NCBI GenBank assembly: GCA_965215185.1 | Contig: OZ244034.1 | Location: 2,816,001 to 2,880,000 of the forward strand | Source of the DNA: Acidimicrobiia bacterium | Lineage (GTDB): Bacteria; Actinomycetota; Acidimicrobiia; Spongiisociales; ZC4RG35 | Direction of reading: 5' to 3' | DNA: 64,000 nucleotides | In this document: piece by piece, positions 38,136-48,553 of the stretch | Layout: every line of letters begins with the position of its first letter | How positions within the stretch are numbered: position 1 is the stretch's first letter | Made by a program: the position numbers and the translations under genes | The notes under the pieces: generated by a model | What the model was told of the DNA's origin: nothing | What the model saw: only the letters and a program-made list of their open reading frames with translations | The model's database searches: none

Positions 38136-38202
38136 CAGGTTTGGATGATAACCGTCTTTTGACTGTTAGCCTTTGGCCGGAAGCTAATCAAGGAGCAAGA
38201 GA

Positions 38203-39186
38203 TTGAAGTTCGCCTGGTTATGTAGCCACGAGTCCTATCAGCCCGAAGTCTTGGTAGATCAAGCGGTGCGGGCGGAGGAAGCCGGATTCGACATGGTTTT
38301 GGGATCGGATCACTTCCACCCTTGGGTTGATGACAACTGCGCGGCAGGTTTCGTGTGGTCCTGGCTGGGAGCGGTTGCCGCTCTTACCGATGTGGAACTG
38401 GCCACTTCGGTTACCTGCCCCCTCTATCACTATCACCCCGCCCTGATCGCCCAAGCGGCGGCCACGGTGGATAGGTTGTCGGGAGGAAAATTCGTGCTGG
38501 GAGTGGGTACGGGGGAGAACATCAACGAGGGACCGATGGGATTCAAATTCGGTGACTACCGGGAGCGCATCAGAAGAATGCGGGAGGCATTGGAGATCAT
38601 GCATCGGTTGCTGGAGGGTGAGAAGCTCGACTTTGAGGGCGACTGGTACGTCACCGACAAGGCCAGGCTCTACAGCCCGCCGCCTCGCAAGACGCCCATC
38701 TGGATGGCTGCCGGAGGCCCTCAGTCAGCCACGTTTGCCGGCAGACGGTCCGATGGGCTGATCGTTAGCGTGAAAGCGCCGGCTGACGCTATCGAAAGGG
38801 TGATTGGACCCTTCCGCGCCTCCGCGGAAAAGTGGGGACGGGCCGGAACCGTCATGACCACCCGCTGGTGCGTGCTGGCCGGGGACGAATCCGAAGCTTG
38901 GGAAGCCCTGGGCAGCATGCGCGGTCTGCGGGCGCCCGGAAGGTTGCAGGCTGTCGATCCCATGGTTCTTCGGGAGAGGGCCGACTCCATGGAGCGGGAA
39001 GAAATCCTGGGCAAGTACACCATGGCTTCCAGTGTGGAGGATCTGATCGAGGTTTACCGGCCGTTGGTGACCGAAGTAGGCGCCGAGTACGTCGCAATCC
39101 AGATCGCTTCCACCAATCCCGACCGCACCCTGGAAATGGTCGAAAAGGAAGTTCTACCCGAACTACGGTCTTTGGTTGCTTCTTAG
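38203..39186 (+). CDS. F420-dependent LLM oxidoreductase (G6PDH-family-like)
   Basis: 'SHESY', 'SDHFHPW', 'TSVTCP..YHPA.IAQAAAT', 'GTGENINE'. Confidence 0.88.
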   Translation: MKFAWLCSHESYQPEVLVDQAVRAEEAGFDMVLGSDHFHPWVDDNCAAGFVWSWLGAVAALTDVELATSVTCPLYHYHPALIAQAAATVDRLSGGKFVLGVGTGENINEGPMGFKFGDYRERIRRMREALEIMHRLLEGEKLDFEGDWYVTDKARLYSPPPRKTPIWMAAGGPQSATFAGRRSDGLIVSVKAPADAIERVIGPFRASAEKWGRAGTVMTTRWCVLAGDESEAWEALGSMRGLRAPGRLQAVDPMVLRERADSMEREEILGKYTMASSVEDLIEVYRPLVTEVGAEYVAIQIASTNPDRTLEMVEKEVLPELRSLVAS

Positions 39187-39315
39187 GCTCGGTCTTGGCC
39201 TTTCCAAGTCCGGATCTCTATCCAGGCAGGCGCTGCGGTTGAAGGTGGGCGTCAATACAGTGCATTCCGAATAAGAACCCCCGCAGGGCGGTTACACACC
39301 CTTGCAGTTCGGTGG

Positions 39316-40068
39316 CTAGGCGGTTCGGCGGTTTCGGAGTTTGGCCTTTACGTAGTCGCGGTTCATCATGGCGATGAAGTCAATGGAAATCTGCTTGGGA
39401 CAGGCCGATTCGCATTCCCCGTGATTGGTGCAGGAACCGAAAAACTGTTCCATAGTGTCGACCATGCGTTCCGCTCGCAAATATCGCTCGGCGTTTCCCT
39501 GGGGTAGGAGGTTGAGATGGGATACTTTGGCGGCGGTGAACAGCTGGGCGGCGGAATTGGGACAGACCGCCACGCAGGCGCCGCACCCTATGCACGCCGC
39601 CGCGTCGAAGGCGGTTTCGGCTATCTGTTTGGGGACCGGGATCAGGTTGGCCTCGGGAGCGGATCCCGTGGCCACTGTGATGTATCCGCCCGCCTCTACG
39701 ATCCGATCGAAGGCCGAGCGGTCCACCACCAGGTCGCGGACTATTTCGAAGGCGGCGGCCCGCCATGGCTCGACCGTGATGGTGTCCCCATCCTCAAAGG
39801 TCCTCATGTGGAGTTGGCAGGTGGCCGTGGCCGCTTGCGGGCCGTGGGCGCGGCCGTTGATCATCACTCCACAGGTGCCGCAGATGCCTTCCCGGCAGTC
39901 AGAGTCGAAGGCAACCGGTTCTATCCCTTCCAGGGTAAGCCGCTCGTTTAGAACATCCAGCAACTCCAGAAAGGACATGTCCGGGGAGGCGTCGGAGACC
40001 TGGTACGTCTCAAATCCGCCCTGTTCCGATGGGCCCGCCTGACGCCACACTCGCAAAGTGATGTTCAT
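39316..40068 (-). CDS. sdhB: Succinate dehydrogenase/fumarate reductase Fe-S subunit
   Basis: '[10 protein letters not shown]', 'CIGCGAC..CP', 'CTNHGEC..CP'. Confidence 0.95.
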   Translation of the reverse strand: MNITLRVWRQAGPSEQGGFETYQVSDASPDMSFLELLDVLNERLTLEGIEPVAFDSDCREGICGTCGVMINGRAHGPQAATATCQLHMRTFEDGDTITVEPWRAAAFEIVRDLVVDRSAFDRIVEAGGYITVATGSAPEANLIPVPKQIAETAFDAAACIGCGACVAVCPNSAAQLFTAAKVSHLNLLPQGNAERYLRAERMVDTMEQFFGSCTNHGECESACPKQISIDFIAMMNRDYVKAKLRNRRTA

Positions 40069-41990
40069 TTGTAGCTCCGGGTGCTTAACTTGACATTCTC
40101 GAAGGTCAGGGGTTCCTCGCGCAGATCCGGGCGGGCCGGATCGCCCGTCCAAAACCAAGCCGAGACCGTGGCGAAATTCTCGTCATCGCGAACCGCCTCG
40201 CCTTGCGGGTTTTTGTGCTCATCCCGAAAGTGGCCGCCGCAGGACTCCTCGCGCTGGCGGGCGTCGAGGCACATGGCCATCGCCAATTCGAAGAAATCCT
40301 CCAGACGGGAGGCCTTCTCCAGAGTCTGGTTGAGGTTTTCTCCATCGCCGGGGACCCGGGCGGAGGCCCGAAACTCCTCGTACAGATCAGGCAAATCGCC
40401 TATGGCCTGATCGAGGCCTTGGCGGTTACGGGACATACCGCATTGGTCCCACACCACCTTGCCCAGGCGGCGATGAAAGTCGTCGACGGTGCGATTGCCT
40501 TTCATCGAGAGCAGGCGGGAAAGTCGGTCCTTCAGTTCCACCTCGGCCTGGGTGAAAGCCTGGTCGGAGGGGGAGGGAGGCTCCTCGTTCAAGAAGCTCG
40601 CCAAATAGTCGCCGATGGTGTAGGGGAGCACGAAGTATCCGTCTGCCAATCCCTGCATCAGGGCGGAGGCGCCCAGCCGGTTGGCGCCGTGGTCTGAGAA
40701 GTTGGCCTCTCCCAGCGCATAAAGACCGGGGATGGTGGTCATCAGGTTGTAGTCCACCCACAAACCGCCCATCGTGTAATGGGGAGCGGGATAAATACGC
40801 ATCGGTGCTTGGTAGGGATCTTCGTCGGTGATCCGGTTGTACATCTCGATGAGGTTGCCATAGCGAGCGGTGATTGCCTGGCGCCCCAGCCGGTTGATGG
40901 CGTCCTGAAAATCCAGGTATACCCCGTTCTTTTTCGCACCTACCCCATGTCCGGCGTCCACCACCCGCTTGGTGGCCCGGGAAGCCACGTCTCGGGGGAC
41001 CAGGTTGCCGAAAGAGGGATAGACCCTTTCCAGGTAGTAGTCCCGATCTGTTTCCGGTATATCGCCGGGCGCCCGGTTCTCGTCGGGGGATGTGGGCACC
41101 CAGACCCGGCCGTCGTTGCGAAGTGACTCCGACATGAGAGTCAACTTGGATTGAAAGTCTTCAGACGGGGGGATGCAAGTGGGATGAATCTGGGTGAAGC
41201 ACGGGTTGGCGAAGGCCGCTCCCCGTCGATGCGCACGCCAAGCCGCGGTGACATTGGCGGTCATGGCATTGGTGGACAGGTAGTAGACATTGGAATATCC
41301 GCCGGTGGCCAGCACCACCGCATGAGCAGAGTGAGAGTTGATCTCACCGGTCAGAAGGTCACGCACCACCACGCCCACCGCTCTTCCCTCTTTGAGCACC
41401 ACATCCATGAACTCGGTGCGAACCCACAGTTTCACCGCCCCCAGCCCCACCTGGCGAGCCAGGGCTTGGTAGGCCCCCAACAACAACTGCTGGCCGGTCT
41501 GCCCGCGGGAATAGAAAGTGCGCGATACCTGGGCGCCGCCAAAGGAGCGGTTGTCCAAGAGACCCCCATACTCGCGGGCGAAGGGCACGCCCTGCGCGGT
41601 GGCTTGGTCGATGATGTTCAACGAAAGCTGGGCCAACCGGTAGACATTGGCCTCCCGGGACCGGAAGTCGCCTCCTTTGATCGTGTCATAGAAGAGCCGG
41701 AAGATCGAATCGCCGTCGTTGCGATAGTTCTTGGCGGCGTTGATTCCGCCTTGGGCGGCGATGGAGTGAGCGCGGCGGGGAGAGTCATGGAAGGTGAAAA
41801 CGTCCACCCGGTAGCCGAGTTCCGCCAAGGTGGCCGCCGCCGAAGCGCCGGCCAGACCGGATCCGATCACGATGATCTTGAAGCGACGCTTGTTGGCGGG
41901 GTTTACCAGGTTGATGGAGAAACGGTGATTGTCCCAACTGTCGGTGAGGATGCCACCGGGTACTTTGGAATCCAACGGGACAGTAGTCAT
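40065..41990 (-). CDS. sdhA: Succinate dehydrogenase/fumarate reductase flavoprotein
   Basis: 'GSGLAG', '[10 protein letters not shown]', 'QIHPT', 'HYTMGG', 'HGANRLG', 'ESCGGHFR'. Confidence 0.95.
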   Translation of the reverse strand: MTTVPLDSKVPGGILTDSWDNHRFSINLVNPANKRRFKIIVIGSGLAGASAAATLAELGYRVDVFTFHDSPRRAHSIAAQGGINAAKNYRNDGDSIFRLFYDTIKGGDFRSREANVYRLAQLSLNIIDQATAQGVPFAREYGGLLDNRSFGGAQVSRTFYSRGQTGQQLLLGAYQALARQVGLGAVKLWVRTEFMDVVLKEGRAVGVVVRDLLTGEINSHSAHAVVLATGGYSNVYYLSTNAMTANVTAAWRAHRRGAAFANPCFTQIHPTCIPPSEDFQSKLTLMSESLRNDGRVWVPTSPDENRAPGDIPETDRDYYLERVYPSFGNLVPRDVASRATKRVVDAGHGVGAKKNGVYLDFQDAINRLGRQAITARYGNLIEMYNRITDEDPYQAPMRIYPAPHYTMGGLWVDYNLMTTIPGLYALGEANFSDHGANRLGASALMQGLADGYFVLPYTIGDYLASFLNEEPPSPSDQAFTQAEVELKDRLSRLLSMKGNRTVDDFHRRLGKVVWDQCGMSRNRQGLDQAIGDLPDLYEEFRASARVPGDGENLNQTLEKASRLEDFFELAMAMCLDARQREESCGGHFRDEHKNPQGEAVRDDENFATVSAWFWTGDPARPDLREEPLTFENVKLSTRSYK

Positions 41991-42700
41991 CCCACCATTC
42001 CTGTCCAGATCGCCAGCGGGATGCTGACGTTGCCGATCACGATCACCGCGGCGAACGCTTGGGCGAACCATCTCCTCCAGCGCTTATAAGCAGGATGGGC
42101 CAACCCCAAACTTTGAAATAGTGACCAGGCGCCGTGATAGATATGGATCCCCAGCAGCAGATTGGCCACGACATACAGGATGGCCACTCCGCCCCGCGAC
42201 AAAGAGCCGAGCAGGTTATCCTCCACCGCCCCGGCCTGCCATCCCTCCGCCGCCATCGGAGTCACGCCCCAAGTCAGATCGGCCAGATGCCAGAACAGGA
42301 AAATGGCCACGATCACCCCGCTGTATCGCATGGTGCGAGAGGCGTAGCTGGCCACTGCGTAATCCCTGGGTCCCTCATAGCGGGTATTAGCCCGTCGGTT
42401 GAGCATGGTGAGGCTGGCCGCGGCGTGGATGTGGAGCAGGAAAGCGAACACCAACCCGGTGCGGGCTAGCCACAGGGCGGCCGTTTTGGGCAGGAATGGA
42501 TACAGCAGATTCCTGAGGAAGTGCGCGTAGGAATCGAGTTGGCCCTCACCGAGAAATACCTTTAGGTTGCCGATCATGTGAATCAACACGAATCCCAGCA
42601 GAGCAACACCGGTGATGCCCATCACCCACTTCTTTCCCACCGCGGACCGGTAAAACTCCACGGGCCAGGGTCGGCGGCGGGTTGCAGGGGGAGTGGTCAT
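41987..42700 (-). CDS. sdhC: Succinate dehydrogenase cytochrome b subunit (single anchor)
   Basis: '[10 protein letters not shown]', His ligands 'IHMIGN', 'LHI', 'WHL', 'HIYHG..LFQSLG'. Confidence 0.9.
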   Translation of the reverse strand: MTTPPATRRRPWPVEFYRSAVGKKWVMGITGVALLGFVLIHMIGNLKVFLGEGQLDSYAHFLRNLLYPFLPKTAALWLARTGLVFAFLLHIHAAASLTMLNRRANTRYEGPRDYAVASYASRTMRYSGVIVAIFLFWHLADLTWGVTPMAAEGWQAGAVEDNLLGSLSRGGVAILYVVANLLLGIHIYHGAWSLFQSLGLAHPAYKRWRRWFAQAFAAVIVIGNVSIPLAIWTGMVG

Positions 42701-42790
42701 GGGGTTTGGCTGGACATGGTCGGGGACATCGGTTGTCAGGGATTGTAAACACTTTGTGGCGTCTGGATGTTGTCCTTGGATATTTCTCAT

Positions 42791-42819
42791 TTGACATTGT
42801 TCGATCCCCGGTCTATATT
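42791..42819 (+). promoter_or_regulatory. Sigma70-type promoter of whiB
   Basis: TTGACA (42791-42796), 17-bp spacer, TATATT (42814-42819). Confidence 0.7.
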
Positions 42820-42905
42820 TCGCGTTTGTAGTTACACGCATGTAATAGCGGAACCTCTGGGGACGTGCGCATTTAGGAATGTGCAAAGTCAGGAAAGGAC
42901 AAATA

Positions 42906-43181
42906 ATGCGACGTAGTTTGATCGAAGCCCTGACTACCGTGCCGCTGGATTGGCAGAACTATGCCAACTGCCTGGGAGCGGACGCCGACTTGTTCTTTCC
43001 CGAACGGGGTTCATCCACCCGCAAAGCCAAAGCGATTTGCGGGGAGTGCGAGGTGAGAATCGAGTGTCTCGAATTTGCTTTGGACAACGGCGAGCGGTTT
43101 GGCATCTGGGGAGGCCTGTCGGAACGGGAGCGGCGGCGCGTCAGGCACGATAGGGTCCGGAGGACCGCGGTAGCTTCCTGA
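42906..43181 (+). CDS. whiB: WhiB-family Fe-S transcription regulator
   Basis: 'WQ..ANC..LFFPERG..AKAICGEC..ECL..GIWGGLSERERR'; GAAAGGA SD. Confidence 0.95.
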   Translation: MRRSLIEALTTVPLDWQNYANCLGADADLFFPERGSSTRKAKAICGECEVRIECLEFALDNGERFGIWGGLSERERRRVRHDRVRRTAVAS

Positions 43182-43224
43182 CGACATCCCTACAATGGGG
43201 TAGCGGCAAGGTTAGAGGGAATAC

Positions 43225-44133
43225 ATGGAATTACTGATCGCTTTCGGTGTACTCGTGCTGGCATTGGCCGGCTTGGTCATTTTGCTAATGTGGCTGTTTC
43301 GTCGTTACCGGCGCAGTTTTTCCGCCGAATCGGAGCCCGATCCCTTGGTACCCCTTCCCAATGTTGAGGATCTTTCGGTCTCCGGCGAGACTATCCGGGT
43401 TACTTTCGGGGTTCCGATGGTCGAGGACGATCCAATCCTCACCGAGTTGCTGAACTACTACGCGTTGGAGGCGGTGCGGCGCGCCCGTGAGACTCTGCCC
43501 TTGGATGGTATGGAAGGATTGGAAGTTTTTGTCTCGCATCAGGGCCGTTCGAAGAAGGTGGGAAACGTGGTATTCGATGAGCCGGGAAGGCTGCCTGAAG
43601 GTGGGCCGGTCCCGGAGATCGTCAAGCTGTCCACGGTGATGGAGGATCCGCTCGACAGCGACTTTGTTGCCCAAAAGTCCTCGGCCGCTGCTGTCGTCCA
43701 TGCTGAGGGAGAGATGCTCGCTCCGCTTGGTACGACATTGAAGATTCCAGCCAAGGCGAAGGCAGCCCTGCGTCTGCAGGGGGTTGATCCCGAGAATATG
43801 ACGGCTGGCGAGTTGGTGCGAGGCATAATGGCGTTGCGAGGCTACACAATTTCTGAGGGCCCCGATGCCCACACCCATCACGCTCGCAAGGGTGCGGCCA
43901 ATGTGTTGTTGAAAGAGATTCCCCACAGTCCGGGCGGCTATCCCGAACTCTCCGAAAAGGAAGTGCAACGATTTGTAATGGACATGGTCGGTTCGCCCAT
44001 GTCCCGCGCCATGCTGGTGACGGAAAAATACGGGCCGTTTTCGGTTTACGAGTTGGAACGCAGAGACCCCAGGTTGCGGTTTGTTACCAGGGAACGGCTC
44101 CAAAAAGCCTTAGATGCGTTATCCTTGGGGTAA
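43225..44133 (+). CDS. Membrane-anchored hypothetical protein with a degenerate Mrr-like C-terminal domain
   Basis: N-terminal TM followed by RRYRR; C-terminal pattern 'ELV..IM..RGY.I..EVQRF..AMLVT..RLRFV' resembles Mrr_cat. Confidence 0.6.
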   Translation: MELLIAFGVLVLALAGLVILLMWLFRRYRRSFSAESEPDPLVPLPNVEDLSVSGETIRVTFGVPMVEDDPILTELLNYYALEAVRRARETLPLDGMEGLEVFVSHQGRSKKVGNVVFDEPGRLPEGGPVPEIVKLSTVMEDPLDSDFVAQKSSAAAVVHAEGEMLAPLGTTLKIPAKAKAALRLQGVDPENMTAGELVRGIMALRGYTISEGPDAHTHHARKGAANVLLKEIPHSPGGYPELSEKEVQRFVMDMVGSPMSRAMLVTEKYGPFSVYELERRDPRLRFVTRERLQKALDALSLG

Positions 44134-44178
44134 GAGTCCTTCGCTCCATGGCGGAGAAGCCCAAAAAAGGAGAGAACT

Positions 44179-44370
44179 TTGTTCGGTATGAAGCCCCTGG
44201 AACTTGGGATAATCGTTCTGATACTGCTACTCTTGTTCGGCGCCTCCAAGCTTCCCAAGCTGGCACGGTCGTTGGGATCGTCCGCCCGGGAGTTCCGCAA
44301 GGGGGTCGAAGACGGCGCAAAAGCAGGCGATGCCGCGGAGACCAACGCGGAAGCCACCGAGGAGTCTTAG
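44179..44370 (+). CDS. tatA: Twin-arginine translocase TatA
   Basis: 'ELGIIVLILLLLFGASKLPKLARSLG..EFRKG'; AGGAG SD. Confidence 0.93.
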   Translation: MFGMKPLELGIIVLILLLLFGASKLPKLARSLGSSAREFRKGVEDGAKAGDAAETNAEATEES

Positions 44371-44415
44371 AACCACCTGCCCGGCCAGGTTGAGGGCGCG
44401 GCGCAGAACTGTTCT

Positions 44416-44874
44416 CTAAATAACCTGAAGGGCCTCTCTGTAGTTATTGAAGTCGCGGGGAGTTTTGACTGAGTCGGTGGAGATTATTTTCTGGATCACC
44501 CGGTCGGAGTCGAGCACGAAAGTGAACCGTAACGCGGCTCCCAGAACCTCGCTGAAGCATCCGTAGGCTTGGGCCGTCTGTCCGTGTGGCCAGAAGTCCG
44601 AAAGAATGGGGAATTCGAAGCCTTGTTCATCAGCCCATTTCTTATTGGAGAAGCGGGTATCGCAGGTTATCACCACCACATTGGCATCCAGGTTGGGCAG
44701 ATCGTCGAAATTGTCGCGAAGTTCGCATAACTCTCCCTCGCAGATGCCGGTGAAGGGGAAGGGGATGAACACCAGCAGGGTTTTCCTTTTGGGGAGTTCT
44801 TGGAGGGATACCTCGTTTCCGTCCTGATCTTTCAACGAAAATGAGGGGGCGATGGAGCCAACCTTGGCCGACAT
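44416..44874 (-). CDS. Peroxiredoxin (AhpE-like)
   Basis: 'PFPFTGICEGEL', 'LSDFWPHG..AYG'. Confidence 0.9.
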   Translation of the reverse strand: MSAKVGSIAPSFSLKDQDGNEVSLQELPKRKTLLVFIPFPFTGICEGELCELRDNFDDLPNLDANVVVITCDTRFSNKKWADEQGFEFPILSDFWPHGQTAQAYGCFSEVLGAALRFTFVLDSDRVIQKIISTDSVKTPRDFNNYREALQVI

Positions 44875-44922
44875 ATCTGTATCTCCTGGGTTCGGGAAAA
44901 GGGTTACAGAAAGCTTACCGGT

Positions 44923-45999
44923 CTACCAGAGGGGATCCTCCAACAACACCCGAGCTGCCCAGCCGACCGGATCGGTGATCTCTTTGGGAGTGGGTAGCCC
45001 ATCGGGTTGCCAGATGTGCCGAGCTGCCACGGGCCCGAAACGTGCTTCGACTTCGGCCAGGAACGCGGTGCCGTCGGCCACGGCTTCCGCCGTTGTGGTA
45101 ACCATCATCCCAAGTTCTTTACCCCCATCGCCAAGGTGTAAGGCGAGGTCGCGTTCCGCGAAGATCTCTTCGAGGCCGGGCAATAACAGGGATGCCGCTT
45201 CGATCACCAGCCGACGGGACATGCTGCTAACTAAGCCCAAAAAGGCCTGCAGGTTCTGGCGGGCGGCAGCGCTGCTTGGGGAGTCGAACAGTCCCGCCTG
45301 GCCCATGTCGAGATCAAGTTGAAAGATGGCGGAGGGATCGGTTATCGAACCGAGTTGTTCCATGAGAGACTCTGGCGCCAACTGCAGGGTGGCGGCGTAC
45401 TCATCATTGAGGGTGCGAAATTGGTCATTTACATAGGGCAGGGAGAAAATCGCTCGGTGAGCCGTTTCGTGCAGAGCCGCCCACATACGCACCCCGCGGC
45501 CGTCCACCATGAGGTCGTCGGCCAAGTCCTCGATCACGGTGGCCACTAACAGGGTCCGGTTGGAGGAGACAGCGGGAAGACCCGTTTCGCATGATCCGAT
45601 TACCCGGCCTGCCATCGTCCCCGCCCAAGCTCCCAACTGCACCCCCGCCATCACCGGCCCCAGTGGGAGCAGCAGCGCCCAGGCCGGACCCTGGGAGTTG
45701 TCCCCCAACTGAGCAGCAAACGGCTCCACCATCGAGGCGAGTTCCTCCACCATCGCGTCGCCCCATTCCCGGGGGCCGAGGGGCGCCACCGACGAGGCAG
45801 GCAAAAAACTGAATGGAGCGACTTCGGAGATTTGATACTCGGCCAGTCTTACCAATTCGACGAGTTCATCAGCGTTCCAAGGGTTCACCGGTTGGGGTTC
45901 TCCGGCCAGATGGCGGGAGATCTCTCGAGCCAGATCCAAATTGACCGGACCGGGTTGACTGAACATTCGCATCAACCGGGAGAAAAGATCTTCGCTCAC
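44923..45999 (-). CDS. Zinc-dependent metalloprotease (DUF2342-like)
   Basis: 'GPVN..LAR', 'ALHETAH', C-terminal 'LPT..EI.DP.GW..RV'. Confidence 0.8.
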   Translation of the reverse strand: MSEDLFSRLMRMFSQPGPVNLDLAREISRHLAGEPQPVNPWNADELVELVRLAEYQISEVAPFSFLPASSVAPLGPREWGDAMVEELASMVEPFAAQLGDNSQGPAWALLLPLGPVMAGVQLGAWAGTMAGRVIGSCETGLPAVSSNRTLLVATVIEDLADDLMVDGRGVRMWAALHETAHRAIFSLPYVNDQFRTLNDEYAATLQLAPESLMEQLGSITDPSAIFQLDLDMGQAGLFDSPSSAAARQNLQAFLGLVSSMSRRLVIEAASLLLPGLEEIFAERDLALHLGDGGKELGMMVTTTAEAVADGTAFLAEVEARFGPVAARHIWQPDGLPTPKEITDPVGWAARVLLEDPLW

Positions 46000-46109
46000 C
46001 CTTTCGATTTTACGGCAGTCGACGAGGAATGCTTCTTCCTGACATGCTTCTTAACAAACTCATTCCCTCACCTCGGCGGTTTTGACACCCACCGGCTAAC
46101 TTCATACCT

Positions 46110-46544
46110 ATGTCAGTGTTTTCTCCGGCCGTTCGCATCGCTGTCGTGGAGACCCCCATCGATGTGGCAGGTTTACTGGAGGAGGTAAGTTCTCCCCAAG
46201 CCGGGGCGGTGGCCCTGTTCTTGGGAACGGTCCGTAACCACTCCCCGCAACGCCAGGGAGTAACTCATCTGGAATACGAGGCATATACGTCGCAAGTGCG
46301 TGGAAAGATCGCTGAAATTGCCTGTGAGGCTTCGGAACGCTGGCCGGTTCTCTCCATGGCCGTGGAACACCGGGTGGGCAGGGTTGACATCGGAGGGGTG
46401 GCGGTGGCGGTGGCGGTATCCAGCGCTCATCGAGCGGAGGCATTCGCCGCGGCTCGCTATTTGATAGACGAGTTAAAAGAAAGAGCCCCTATTTGGAAGA
46501 AGGAGCATTGGACGGGAGGAGCGGAATGGTCCCTGGGGTCTTGA
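46110..46544 (+). CDS. moaE: Molybdopterin synthase catalytic subunit
   Basis: 'GA..LFLGTVRNH', 'LEYEAY', 'HRVG', 'SAHR.EAF', 'PIWKKE'. Confidence 0.93.
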   Translation: MSVFSPAVRIAVVETPIDVAGLLEEVSSPQAGAVALFLGTVRNHSPQRQGVTHLEYEAYTSQVRGKIAEIACEASERWPVLSMAVEHRVGRVDIGGVAVAVAVSSAHRAEAFAAARYLIDELKERAPIWKKEHWTGGAEWSLGS

Positions 46545-46630
46545 GATGCTTAACGTAGGCTTTGGCGATCATTTCGAAATTCTCTTGATATTCTGTTAAA
46601 AGCCTCTGTTTATTTGAAAAGGAGCTTCGG

Positions 46631-48517
46631 GTGACTGTCGTATTGGAGAGAAGCCAATCCTTGCCGGAAATCCCACTTGGGACCAAAACCGTAGCCGGGC
46701 TGGTCAAAGAACGCGCTATCCGTACTCCCGAATTGGTGGCCTTGCGGGAAAAGGACTATGGGATTTGGCAGGAGATCACTTGGGGCGAGTACTGGGAGCA
46801 GGCGCTGCTGGCCGCCCATGGTCTGCTGGCTCTGGGAGTGGAGGTTGGTGACCGAGTATCCATCCATTCCGAGGACCGGCCCGAATGGGTGATACTGGAT
46901 GTGGCCACCGTGGCGGTGCGGGGAATAACGGTTGGTCTCTACCCAACCAATCCCGCGTCCGAGGTGCAGTACCTGCTCTCCGATTCCGGTGCTCGGGTAC
47001 ATCTGGCTGAGGACCAGGAACAAGCCGACAAGCTGATGGAAGTGATCGACACCCTTCCCCAAGTGGAGAAGGTCATCCACGTTGAGCCGCGTGGATTTCG
47101 CCCCTACCGCAACGACCCACGTTTCATCTTCTGGGAAGCCTTCCTGGAGTTGGGGCGGCGGCACCGCACCGAGCACCCGAACGCAGTGGAGGGGCGTATG
47201 GCCGATGCCCGTTCTGACGATTTAATGACGCTTGTCTATACCTCAGGCACCACCGGCCCTCCCAAGGGGGCGATGTTGGACAACGCCAACGCGGAGTACT
47301 GCTTCAACGAACTCATCAAAGCAGCGGACCGCATGCCGAACAACGTGGGGCCCAATCCCTCCGACGAGATACTCACCTACCTGCCCCTCTGTCATGTGGC
47401 CGAACGAATCTTCTCCACGTGGACCTCGGCGGTTTCCGGCACCACCCTCAACTTTGCCGAATCCATCGAGACAGTGCAGGAGAACCTGCGGGAAGTTCAG
47501 CCTACTCTCTTCTTCGCGGTTCCTCGTATCTGGGAAAAGCTCCATGCGTCTGTGATCATCAAGAGCAAGGACGCCACTTGGTTCAAGCGGGTTCTCATGT
47601 CGTTCAGCAATGGTCTGGCCCGACTGGTCGGGCGACAGAGAGTCAAGAATGGGGGGAAACACACTCTGTTCAGCCTGCTGCTTTACCTGATCGGCTACCC
47701 GCTGGTCTTCCGAGCGCTGCGGGAGAGGATCGGTCTGCGCCGTTGCCGGTGGGCCGGGAGCGGCGCCGCTCCTATCGCTCCCGAGGTGATCGAATTCTTC
47801 CATGGCCTGGGGGTGAATCTGTACGAATTGTACGGGATGACCGAGAACGCAGCGGTGGCGACCAACAATTTCCACGGACGGATGAAGCTGGGCACGGTGG
47901 GAGAACCCTACCCGGGAATAGGCCTGCGGATTGATCCTGAAACCGGGGAGATCCAGACCAAACACCCGGGCGTGTTCCGGGGATACTGGAACAAACCGGA
48001 AAAGACCGTCGATGCTTTCACCGAGGATGGATGGTTGCGCACCGGAGATGTGGGGGAGTGGGTGGACGAAACGTACGTAAAGATCGTGGACCGGATCAAG
48101 CACATCATCATCACCTCGGGCGGAAAGAACATTTCTCCATCGGAGATTGAGAACAGCCTCAAAACCTCTCCTTATGTGAAAGAGGCCATGGTGATCGGAG
48201 ATGGGAAAAACTATCTCACCGCGTTGATCGGCATCGAGTTAGACACGGTGGGAGATTGGGCCACCCGTCGGGCTATCCCTTACACCACCTATCGCGACCT
48301 CGGGGAGAAACCCGAGGTGCTCAAGCTGATTCAAGAGGTCATCAACCTGACCAACTCAAAATTCGCCCGGGTGGAGAATATCCGTAAATTCCGCATGCTC
48401 CCCAAGGAACTTGATCATGAGGACGGGGAGTTGACGGCCACCCAGAAGCTGAAGAGAGAGTCTATGGAAGAGATGTTTGGAGAACTGATTGTCGGCATGT
48501 ATTCGGCAGGGGCCTGA
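46631..48517 (+). CDS. Long-chain fatty acid-CoA ligase
   Basis: 'YTSGTTGPPKG', 'YLPLCH', 'YGMTE', 'RTGD', 'GGKNISP'. Confidence 0.92.
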   Translation: MTVVLERSQSLPEIPLGTKTVAGLVKERAIRTPELVALREKDYGIWQEITWGEYWEQALLAAHGLLALGVEVGDRVSIHSEDRPEWVILDVATVAVRGITVGLYPTNPASEVQYLLSDSGARVHLAEDQEQADKLMEVIDTLPQVEKVIHVEPRGFRPYRNDPRFIFWEAFLELGRRHRTEHPNAVEGRMADARSDDLMTLVYTSGTTGPPKGAMLDNANAEYCFNELIKAADRMPNNVGPNPSDEILTYLPLCHVAERIFSTWTSAVSGTTLNFAESIETVQENLREVQPTLFFAVPRIWEKLHASVIIKSKDATWFKRVLMSFSNGLARLVGRQRVKNGGKHTLFSLLLYLIGYPLVFRALRERIGLRRCRWAGSGAAPIAPEVIEFFHGLGVNLYELYGMTENAAVATNNFHGRMKLGTVGEPYPGIGLRIDPETGEIQTKHPGVFRGYWNKPEKTVDAFTEDGWLRTGDVGEWVDETYVKIVDRIKHIIITSGGKNISPSEIENSLKTSPYVKEAMVIGDGKNYLTALIGIELDTVGDWATRRAIPYTTYRDLGEKPEVLKLIQEVINLTNSKFARVENIRKFRMLPKELDHEDGELTATQKLKRESMEEMFGELIVGMYSAGA

Positions 48518-48553
48518 ACGGTACCTGCTGTTGGGGTTTAGGCAGAACAATCC

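Noticed and set aside
39187-39315. Possible ncRNA or terminator between the convergent LLM and sdhB genes
   Set aside because: No convincing stem with U-tract and no recognisable RNA family motif
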